From a virus: a stretch of DNA of 23,513 nt. The translations under genes and the position numbers were made by a program. Positions 17,751 through 23,513 of the stretch are shown here, one piece after another; the stretch's first letter is position 1; each line of letters opens with the position of its first letter. A model generated the notes under the pieces. It did not search any database and was not told the DNA's origin. It saw only the letters and a program-made list of their open reading frames with translations. The stretch is from IMG/VR virus record IMGVR_UViG_3300045988_000027, positions 1-23,513 of that record; one strand, written 5' to 3'.

Positions 17751-19227
17751 CTACAATCTGGCTGACTTCTAAATCAGTGGCCCCACCCTCTTTAAGCAAG
17801 CGGCTCTTTTCCTTGCGAGCATCGGTAAAGCTAGCTGATTCCATAAGCGTTTCTTGTGAGATTTCCATACCCGAATTGATAGCTGATTGAATCTCAGCCC
17901 ATACATCCGTTGGTAGGTTCTCATGGAACGTGAATGTCAGCATGTCAGCGTCCACTGGTTCGATACCCTTGAGGTTGTTAGATAGCAACTCAAGCAGTTT
18001 ATAGCGTCTTCGGAGTGCCTTAACAAAGAACCCACGCTTAACCGCTGTAACTTGCTGCAAATCAACTAGCTTGTAGCGGATAGCAATCCCAGACGTAGCT
18101 GAGAAAGTCGAATCGTCTTGCAAGTTTGGCAGTCCGACAATGCGGAAGAAGTCTTTAATCAAACGTGACTTATACGCTTCAACGCCGCTGACATCATATT
18201 GCTTGTAGATATAGCCCGCATCTAATGACGTCTGCTGTCCGTTGTGTCCGACACCGCTCTCAAGCACAAGCATGTTAGCGTGTTTCATTTTCATGATGTC
18301 AGACGCATTCATACCTGTACTTTCAACATCGCCTTTGATAACAAGCATGGCGTCATTAAGGTCTGACATGTAGTTAGCTGTGTCCGACTCTGCTGCGTCG
18401 TAAGCGTCAATGATTGGAATACCTTTCTCCCAGTCTCCCGAGCGCTCTCGGTTATTCTGCCACTCGACCACGGGCACCATTCCAAACGGGTTCTCTTTTC
18501 GTTCGATTTCCTGCCAGTTTGGATCATAACTAACAATCTTGTTGTCCGTATAGACCGTGACAAACATCTCGCCGTTGTAAACTGGACAATGAACAGCCGC
18601 AATAATATCCTTTCGGACGTCTGCGCTACGGATTGTGAACATCTCCCTTGCGTCAATCAAGACCACTGCTGGATTGCCAAACTCGTCATAATAATGCAGC
18701 TCGAACGCTCGCCCAAAGCGTGAAGCGTCATAGACTAGCTCACGGTTAAGAGCTTCAATGTCGTTGTAAGCGTTGAAATCATCAATAGCCGTCAAGTCAC
18801 TGTTAGTGTCAGTAGCACCGATTGAAATAGGTTGACCTACCGTGTAACCAGTAAAGAAGCGGCTAGCTTGTCCGCCCAGGTCGTGCCTAATACGGTAGTC
18901 AGCTTTCTCTGGTTCTAGTCGTTTACGACCATTTAGGATCGTGTAGTTATTCCCGTTTGAGTAGCTCTCTAGGATATTCAAGCGGTCTATCTGTTCGTCT
19001 TGGAACTGAGCTACCATCTTCTCTAACTTCTCACGCCCTTGGAACGTGTCCACTAGGTCGTCCGCTGACTGAGCCATGAAGTGCGTATTAGCTTCTTTTG
19101 GAAAATGAAGGAAGTCTTCGCGTTTCTGCAAGCTAGTCGGTTCCATGTCTCGCTCGAATTGGTATGATCTAGGAATGTACTGCCCTTCATGTAAAATGTC
19201 GTCAGCACTATGTGTTGTGTTCGTCAT
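17728..19227 (-). CDS. Portal protein (SPP1 gp6-like), 499 aa
   Basis: Called from its size and its position directly after TerL. SD AAGGAG lies 5 nt upstream. The C-terminal tail is acidic (VGVEDDDE). Confidence 0.85.
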   Translation of the reverse strand: MTNTTHSADDILHEGQYIPRSYQFERDMEPTSLQKREDFLHFPKEANTHFMAQSADDLVDTFQGREKLEKMVAQFQDEQIDRLNILESYSNGNNYTILNGRKRLEPEKADYRIRHDLGGQASRFFTGYTVGQPISIGATDTNSDLTAIDDFNAYNDIEALNRELVYDASRFGRAFELHYYDEFGNPAVVLIDAREMFTIRSADVRKDIIAAVHCPVYNGEMFVTVYTDNKIVSYDPNWQEIERKENPFGMVPVVEWQNNRERSGDWEKGIPIIDAYDAAESDTANYMSDLNDAMLVIKGDVESTGMNASDIMKMKHANMLVLESGVGHNGQQTSLDAGYIYKQYDVSGVEAYKSRLIKDFFRIVGLPNLQDDSTFSATSGIAIRYKLVDLQQVTAVKRGFFVKALRRRYKLLELLSNNLKGIEPVDADMLTFTFHENLPTDVWAEIQSAINSGMEISQETLMESASFTDARKEKSRLLKEGGATDLEVSQIVGVEDDDE

Positions 19228-19228
19228 T

Positions 19229-20509
19229 CTATCTCCTTATCAGTTTGTTAACACGCCTAATCTTAGCGTCTACGTCCTGCCTATCCTTGACGAAAATAAG
19301 GTTTTGCAGTGCGTACCTAATCGCATCGATACAGTGGTTATAACTATCGCACGGCTTGTTGATGTACTCGTTTGTATGCTTGTCCTTCTGCCATGTATAG
19401 TTTTCTAATTCCTCAATCGTCTTGACGCATCGTTCATCGACAATGATGTCGAATTGCTGCAAGAACTGAATCCCTTGTAGAACTGAGCCCTTCCCCTTGT
19501 CTACCGGAATAGCTCGACGCAAGCCTAGTGTTTGCAATTCTGCAATAGATTTCTGCTCTGCTGAATCAGCCATAATCACCTCTTTTGAATAGCCCAAGCT
19601 AGTTATAGCTTCTGCTATTTGGTTGTTAAGCAAGCCCTTCTTGACATATTCCTCAAGGATATATAGCCGCTTATTCTCTCGGTCTATTTTGACGTGCATA
19701 AACGCCGTCGGGTCGTTAGTAAACCCGAAGTCAAGACCAAAAAAGGACGGTAGCTGTTTAAGCTCGTCCTTGTTGAGTAATCTCTTTTCATATTTTGGAA
19801 ATACTAGCTTGTCAAGAGTGGCAAACTCACCTAGAGCATAGATTTTGTAGTAGGCTTCGTTTCTGTTTGCTAGCTCTTCAATATTCTCCTTGGTCAACTC
19901 ATCCAGAAAGCGATTATCCTTGTACGTCGTTTGATAGACCACTGTATTTTTAGGGTTCTTCACAAAAAACGCATTATATACCCAGTTAGCCTTAGATACC
20001 GGGTTAAACATCAAATAGATTTGCTTCTGCTTGTGAGCTTTATCCCTCAAACGAAGTGTTAGCTGTGTGTAATCGTCAAGCGTAAACTCTGACGCTTCTT
20101 CCATGACCACGTCTGAAATACCTTTGATAGACTTGATTTTTTCTGGATTATCCATACCTTTAAAAATCAGTTCAGCGCCGTTTGGTAGCTCAATACGGAA
20201 TGCGCTCATGTTAACCTTGCACAAAGCAAGCACACCGAAATAAGACAAGGCTGCTTGCACGTCCGCAAACACCGAATCACGAACCGTAGAGCCTACTTTT
20301 CGCAATATCAATATCTTGCGGGGTTTGTCCCAATTTTTAAGAGCCTTGAGGACTATCTTCTGGAAGACCCCATGACTCTTACCGCTAGATGCCCCGCCGT
20401 AATGAACCTCAGTGAATGTGTCGTAATCAAACAAATGCTCATAGATATGCCGATTAAACACCTTGCTTGGATTGATTTCAAGATTAATCGTCATTCCATT
20501 CACCGACAT
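19229..20509 (-). CDS. terL: Terminase large subunit (PBSX/Terminase_3-like), 426 aa
   Basis: Walker A motif HYGGASSGKSHG is near the N-terminus, with a nuclease-type C-terminal half. It overlaps the terS 3' end. An alternative ATG lies at 20494. Confidence 0.9.
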   Translation of the reverse strand: MSVNGMTINLEINPSKVFNRHIYEHLFDYDTFTEVHYGGASSGKSHGVFQKIVLKALKNWDKPRKILILRKVGSTVRDSVFADVQAALSYFGVLALCKVNMSAFRIELPNGAELIFKGMDNPEKIKSIKGISDVVMEEASEFTLDDYTQLTLRLRDKAHKQKQIYLMFNPVSKANWVYNAFFVKNPKNTVVYQTTYKDNRFLDELTKENIEELANRNEAYYKIYALGEFATLDKLVFPKYEKRLLNKDELKQLPSFFGLDFGFTNDPTAFMHVKIDRENKRLYILEEYVKKGLLNNQIAEAITSLGYSKEVIMADSAEQKSIAELQTLGLRRAIPVDKGKGSVLQGIQFLQQFDIIVDERCVKTIEELENYTWQKDKHTNEYINKPCDSYNHCIDAIRYALQNLIFVKDRQDVDAKIRRVNKLIRR

Positions 20510-20927
20510 TAATATTGATATCTTGCGTTACATCAGCTTCGACCTTGTCTGTCCACATTCTATAACGCTTACCGATATCAACTGCCGCAGCTCGACGAGT
20601 AGCGACGTTCGGCTTAGCTTGAGCAATGCGTTGCATGCCCTCGCCATCGAGGACCAGCAAGGGTTCTTCAACTTCTCCACGCATGACGGCAGTTAGAAAT
20701 TCCATGACCTCTTGTTGATCCGCAACACGTTCCGACTTTAATTGTTCCAGTCGTTCGTCTATATAAGCCTTGACCTCAGTATTTCTTAGTAGCTTACTAC
20801 CATTGACTTCTGCCGTCCTTATCTTCTTAATACTAGGATAAGCCTTCTTGTACGCTTGCGTAGCGTTTAGGCTGATGATGTACTCATCGGCAAACTTTAT
20901 TTGTTTTTCGGTCATCCCATTTTCCAT
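20484..20927 (-). CDS. terS: Terminase small subunit (P27/Terminase_4-like), about 143-147 aa
   Basis: MTEKQIKFADEYIISLNATQAYKKAYP...GSKLLRNTEVKAYIDERL is the classic terS N-terminal HTH pattern. SD AAAGGAG precedes the ATGs at 20927 and 20915. The tracked start at 20963 was trimmed. Confidence 0.85.
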   Translation of the reverse strand: MENGMTEKQIKFADEYIISLNATQAYKKAYPSIKKIRTAEVNGSKLLRNTEVKAYIDERLEQLKSERVADQQEVMEFLTAVMRGEVEEPLLVLDGEGMQRIAQAKPNVATRRAAAVDIGKRYRMWTDKVEADVTQDININVGEWNDD

Positions 20928-21022
20928 CAACTCCTTTCTGATACTGAAAAAGACAACCCACAAAGTGAGCTGTCTCTGATTTTCTTCGATAATATAATAA
21001 TACCACTTTAAACAGTTGTAAG

Positions 21023-21052
21023 ATACCGTGCTTTATCCGTCAAAATACCGTC
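21023..21052 (-). promoter_or_regulatory. Three 11-bp-phased direct repeats (minus strand: GACGGTAT / GACGGATA / CACGGTAT), a candidate late-activator or terS-associated binding array
   Basis: The CCGT cores on the plus strand lie at 21026-21029, 21037-21040 and 21048-21051, exactly 11 bp apart. A weaker ATACCAC copy lies at 21000-21006. The array begins 4 nt after the arpU-like stop and sits just upstream of an AT-rich -10-like tract (20989-21003). Confidence 0.45.
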
Positions 21053-21055
21053 ATT

Positions 21056-21472
21056 TCAACATTCTACAACCAATTTGCCATCTCTATACAATTCAGCAAA
21101 TGCTAGGATAGCATTATTAAGTAGCTCTTGAAAAGCCGTTCTCTCGAATCCGATTGCCTGGGCAATTTGCCAGTTTGGTTTCGGTGGGTATGCCAGATAT
21201 TTCTCTATCAGTATTCTGCGATAGTCTGGACGATATAGCCCGCTAACTGCTTGCTCTATGGCTTCTAGCTCGTTCATTGCATCAACTCGCCTAACTGCAA
21301 TATTTTCCACCGGTCTGCTCACTCCGCTGCCACCTCTTGGCATAAATGTGAATTCCTGTGTTATTTTCTGCTCAGCTCCGTCGTGTGCAATTTCTCGCCA
21401 TCGTGGGTATTCTCGAAGTTTTCGCTTGCAACGTTTGATTGTTGCTTTTTCATCAATTTCCGGCAATAGCAT
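21056..21472 (-). CDS. ArpU-family (sigma-70 region-4-like) phage late transcriptional regulator, 138 aa
   Basis: Family-typical features are the N-terminal KATIKRCKRKLREYPRW, the central NELEAIEQAVSGL and a C-terminal HTH-like segment (NWQIAQAIGFERTAFQELLNNAI). It occupies the canonical position just upstream of terS. Confidence 0.75.
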   Translation of the reverse strand: MLLPEIDEKATIKRCKRKLREYPRWREIAHDGAEQKITQEFTFMPRGGSGVSRPVENIAVRRVDAMNELEAIEQAVSGLYRPDYRRILIEKYLAYPPKPNWQIAQAIGFERTAFQELLNNAILAFAELYRDGKLVVEC

Positions 21473-21486
21473 TGTCCTGCCCTCTC

Positions 21487-21495
21487 TGGTATAAT
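21487..21495 (+). promoter_or_regulatory. Perfect extended -10 element (TGGTATAAT) on the plus strand, divergent from and abutting the arpU-like start codon
   Basis: TG lies at 21487-21488 and TATAAT at 21490-21495. The -35 is poor (TAGCAT/ATAGCA). Read on the minus strand, the same tract gives only TATTAT with a TTGGAA at an unusable 11-nt spacing. Confidence 0.4.
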
Positions 21496-21518
21496 AGTAG
21501 TGTTGATTTCCAAAGAGT

Positions 21519-21543
21519 GCCGGCCATTGTGTCGGTCTTTTTT
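21519..21543 (+). terminator. Plus-strand-specific intrinsic terminator candidate
   Basis: GCCGGC-ccattgt-GTCGGT forms a 6-bp stem. Two of the pairs are G.U, which become A.C mismatches in the minus-strand RNA. The stem is followed by C-TTTTTT-A-TTTT. It lies about 20-40 nt downstream of the plus-strand -10. Confidence 0.4.
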
Positions 21544-21592
21544 ATTTTCTTCGGCTCGTTATTAAGAGATATGAAAAGATTGAGTTTGTGAG

Positions 21593-21634
21593 CCTTGGTG
21601 CTACCTCCTTTTCTAGCCAAAGGCACCAGCAAGG
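21593..21634. other. Hairpin whose 21-nt loop carries AAAAGGAGGUA on the minus strand, or UACCUCCUUUUCUA (16S 3'-end mimic) on the plus strand
   Basis: The stem is CCT-TGGTGC / GCACCA-(gca)-AGG, 6+3 bp with a 3-nt bulge. No ATG, GTG or TTG occurs within 5-15 nt downstream of the SD-like sequence on the minus strand. Confidence 0.4.
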
Positions 21635-21668
21635 TCTTTGACTGTTTTGTAATGCGATATCAATAAGA

Positions 21669-21695
21669 AAGAGGGTGTTTCACATCCTTTTTTCT
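21669..21695. terminator. Imperfect hairpin flanked by an A-tract and a T-tract: a possible weak bidirectional terminator
   Basis: The plus strand reads aagaaaGAGGGTG-ttt-CAC(at)CCTTttttctt. The minus strand has the complementary hairpin followed by tctttctt. Confidence 0.3.
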
Positions 21696-21803
21696 TAAAT
21701 TTACTGGATTTGTTTTGCATCGGTCTGTCAGCGATGCGTGTCGAAAAAGTGTCCAAGCCACTAAAAATCTATATCCATTTTTTAGTGTATTTTGACAGAC
21801 AAA

Positions 21804-21843
21804 CAGCCAGTGACGGATTCGAACCGTCTATACCACTCTGGCT
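21804..21843 (-). other. tRNA top-half-like minihelix (acceptor-like stem plus a canonical T-arm); not a complete tRNA gene
   Basis: The minus strand reads AGCCAG-agtggtata-GACGG-TTCGAAT-CCGTC-a-CTGGCT-g. The T-arm has a consensus GGTTCGAATCC. The 5' strand starts inside the TAG stop of ORF 21842-22552. No D-arm or anticodon arm can be folded upstream. Confidence 0.5.
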
Positions 21844-22552
21844 ACAAACCCATTGCCAGTGCCGTATATAAGGCACGTTTAACGCTGGGTTTCTCACGAC
21901 CTACCTTGCCTTTATTACGACATTCTAGGGTTATGCGATCAATTTCATCGTCCAACCTTTCAGACCACTCGTAGTTATTGAAAACGTAATCAATGATTTC
22001 GCTGAATAAATCCCTTGACAGCATACCTTCCATTTGAATCGCCTTCAACGGTGTTAGTGCAGCTTTCTCTAAATAACATTGATTGAGTGCGTTTTGGGTT
22101 TTGTTAGCTTCTTTCTTGTCGCACCCTTTAACGTCTCTAATATACTTGTTTATGTCGCCAGGGTGTTCCTTGCGTAGCCCTTCAACTTCCTTGCGAAATC
22201 GTTTGAATAAGTATTCTGGCAGTCCTGCGTTGATTTTATTCAAAACTGGGCGCGTGGTTTTACCTCTAGTGTAATTAGTAGACAGATAATCTTGCAGGTC
22301 GTCGAACAATTCATCAGAAATGATGCCTTCTAATCTGTCGACAGTTTGGGGCGATATCCTCGCACGTTCCACGACTGCACTATTAAACGCTTGATAAATG
22401 ATGCGAGCTTGTACTTCACTGCACTGTCTGACATCTTGAAAGAACTGTTTATAAGAGCCTTTTTTGTACGTCTCTCTCAGTGCCGCATGTTCACTGACTA
22501 ACCGTTGATATAGTTCTTTTGTCAGCCCGGAATATTTGTATCTAACACTCAT
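21842..22552 (-). CDS. Hypothetical protein (236 aa) made of two tandem copies of a helical domain of roughly 100 aa
   Basis: SD AAGAGGA lies 8 nt upstream and the start overlaps the upstream stop (ATGA). The two halves align: GLTKELYQRLVSEHAALRETYKKGSYKQFFQDVRQC...RLEGIISDELFDDLQDYLSTNY versus GLPEYLFKRFRKEVEGLRKEHPGDINKYIRDVKGC...QMEGMLSRDLFSEIIDYVFNNY. Confidence 0.65.
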   Translation of the reverse strand: MSVRYKYSGLTKELYQRLVSEHAALRETYKKGSYKQFFQDVRQCSEVQARIIYQAFNSAVVERARISPQTVDRLEGIISDELFDDLQDYLSTNYTRGKTTRPVLNKINAGLPEYLFKRFRKEVEGLRKEHPGDINKYIRDVKGCDKKEANKTQNALNQCYLEKAALTPLKAIQMEGMLSRDLFSEIIDYVFNNYEWSERLDDEIDRITLECRNKGKVGREKPSVKRALYTALAMGL

Positions 22553-22857
22553 GAGCCACGTCCTCTTAAATAGCTCGGAATATCATCCCCTACATTCACG
22601 CTATCATACTGCTCCTTAGTCACTAGGAACTTACCATAAGCCCCACAATCGATAGTGTAGAGCTTACCAACCATAGACTTGCCGGTTACCTTGCCATGTA
22701 ATTCAACTGCATTATCAGCCTTATGGATAACCACTGTCTCGATAGGTCTATTAACCACTCGTAGAACAGTGGTCACGTTAATCGCTAGTGATACCACTAG
22801 TAGAATCGTGGCTATCGTTAGCTGGTTGTCTCGTTTTCGTTTTGATAAAGTTATCAT
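22549..22857 (-). CDS. Small N-terminally membrane-anchored phage protein (about 102 aa; resembles the streptococcal-phage DUF1372 type)
   Basis: It has a basic N-terminus followed by the TM segment LTIATILLVVSLAINVTTVL. SD AAGGAG lies 9 nt upstream of the ATG at 22857 (TTG at 22860 in the track). The DUF assignment is from memory only. Confidence 0.55.
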   Translation of the reverse strand: MITLSKRKRDNQLTIATILLVVSLAINVTTVLRVVNRPIETVVIHKADNAVELHGKVTGKSMVGKLYTIDCGAYGKFLVTKEQYDSVNVGDDIPSYLRGRGS

Positions 22858-23140
22858 CAATCATTACTCCTTGTCTGTCTTTAATTTCGTTATAAGCGAT
22901 TGTAAGGCACTCCTCCACGTCGTAACCGAGTTGCAGGCATAAAACCACTAACGTCACGATAGAGTCTCCTATGGCATCTTTTAGCGACCATTCTGGGTCA
23001 GCAAAATCGTGAGGTTTTAGAAATACGTCTCTAATCTCGCCTACTTCTTCAGTCACTTTCATCCATTCGATTTTAGGGTTTCCTTGGTCCAGACCATGAC
23101 TAATAGCCCACTCGTTAATTTTAGTAATTAGGTTATTCAT
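22778..23140 (-). CDS. MazG-like nucleoside triphosphate pyrophosphohydrolase, 120 aa
   Basis: It is all-helical with the EExGE-type motif (KVTEEVGEIRD) and a second acidic motif (DAIGDSIVTLVVL), as in small phage MazG proteins. Confidence 0.7.
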   Translation of the reverse strand: MNNLITKINEWAISHGLDQGNPKIEWMKVTEEVGEIRDVFLKPHDFADPEWSLKDAIGDSIVTLVVLCLQLGYDVEECLTIAYNEIKDRQGVMIDDNFIKTKTRQPANDSHDSTSGITSD

Positions 23141-23513
23141 CCGTTACCTCTTTCACTTCCATGCCTTCGCAAGAGAAAACCCACCCGAACCCTTTCGCTT
23201 CAAGCTCTTTGCGGGTGTGCTTGGTTCTATAGCCCTCAATATCGTCATCTGATGCAAAAAACCATTCGTGATTGTCTAAGTTTTCATTGAGATGGGTAGC
23301 GTATCCATCAACCCCCTTAATCCGAACCGTATATCTAGGCTCCTTCTCGACCTCGTAGCCTAAAGTCCAAGCGAGGGCGAAAGTTTCTTGGTTTGTCTCT
23401 GTTCCTAGAAATTCTTTTAGTTTTGAACAATCTTCTTGACTTTCATAATTGTAAAAATCTATATCACTAATAAATAAAGCTCGACCCAGATTAACGTTAG
23501 TAAATTTACAATA
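23133..23513 (-). CDS. 5'-truncated ORF (126 codons in the window), DUF1642-like streptococcal phage protein
   Basis: I translated this manually. The frame is open from the window edge to the TAA at 23135-23133, which overlaps the MazG-like ATG. The C-terminus reads ...YTVRIKGVDGYATHL...FASDDDIEGYRTKHTRKELEAKGFGWVFSCEGMEVKEVTDE. The family name is from memory. Confidence 0.55.
   Translation of the reverse strand, partial: YCKFTNVNLGRALFISDIDFYNYESQEDCSKLKEFLGTETNQETFALAWTLGYEVEKEPRYTVRIKGVDGYATHLNENLDNHEWFFASDDDIEGYRTKHTRKELEAKGFGWVFSCEGMEVKEVTDE

Noticed and set aside
358-18656. Out-of-frame minus-strand ORFs nested in larger genes (358-663, 1763-1990, 2732-2935, 3650-3886, 4733-5125, 5894-6088, 8075-8287, 8974-9159, 9405-9632, 10103-10312, 10352-10564, 12263-12493, 14941-15153, 15593-15922, 16022-16249, 16496-16681, 16763-16987, 18309-18656)
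   Set aside because: Each lies wholly or largely within a recognisable structural gene in another frame. None has an independent ribosome-binding site or family resemblance.
20928-20963. N-terminal extensions of tracked ORFs (terS from 20963, holin from 2348, holin from 2709, ORF from 3308)
   Set aside because: Internal ATGs with proper SD spacing and family-typical N-termini exist. The extensions overlap upstream genes or encode implausible leader sequences.
21593-21634. An rRNA gene fragment, suggested by the 16S 3'-end-like ACCTCCTTTTCTA
   Set aside because: Only about 13 nt match and there is no flanking 16S-like sequence. It is treated as an SD/anti-SD-like motif instead.
21613-21720. 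A 35-codon minus-strand ORF (MQNKSSKFKKKGCETPSFLLISHYKTVKDLAGAFG) in the intergenic gap, and a 6-codon plus-strand ORF at about 21571
   Set aside because: No Shine-Dalgarno precedes either start. The peptides are neither hydrophobic nor toxin-like. The region is better explained as structured RNA or DNA.
21804-21880. A complete tRNA gene on the minus strand
   Set aside because: A consensus T-arm and a 3' acceptor strand are present. The sequence 49 nt upstream of the T-arm (CGTGCCT) cannot pair with ACTGGCT, and no D-arm or 7-nt anticodon loop can be folded. Only a top-half-like fragment exists.
1-23513. Integrase, repressor, transposase or a recognisable defence system (RM, Abi, TA, CBASS, retron)
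   Set aside because: No ORF in the window shows the corresponding motifs, and all long ORFs are accounted for by late-region functions. Any lysogeny module must lie outside this window.

Overview
This window is the late region (packaging, head, tail, lysis) of a Streptococcus-type siphovirus or prophage. The taxon is inferred from protein families only. Every credible gene is on the minus strand, so the operon reads right to left. In that order the genes are:
- a 5'-truncated DUF1642-like ORF
- a MazG-like NTP pyrophosphohydrolase
- a small membrane protein
- a 236-aa protein built from two tandem copies of one domain
- a 369-bp structured non-coding gap (21473-21841)
- an ArpU-family late regulator
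- TerS and TerL
- an SPP1-type portal
- a MuF/gp7 minor head protein
- scaffold and an HK97-fold major capsid protein
- four head-tail connector/completion genes
- the major tail protein followed by an intrinsic terminator
- a G/GT tail-chaperone pair with a -1 frame overlap
- a 992-aa tape measure protein
- Dit
- a 1640-aa Tal/host-recognition protein
- two small ORFs
- two holins
- three small mosaic ORFs
- a Pal-like (Amidase_5) endolysin

I see no integrase, rRNA, complete tRNA, CRISPR array or transposase, and no recognisable defence system. The parts the standard phage gene map does not explain are:
1. The non-coding gap upstream of the late regulator. It holds a tRNA top-half-like minihelix, nested inverted repeats, a hairpin presenting a perfect SD / anti-SD-like sequence, and a plus-strand extended -10 promoter with a plus-strand-specific terminator.
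2. A 1.1-kb three-gene insertion between the holins and the endolysin, with shuffled N- and C-terminal modules.
3. 11-bp-phased repeats between the late regulator and terS.

All functional calls are recognised by eye from the translated ORFs. No database search was run.
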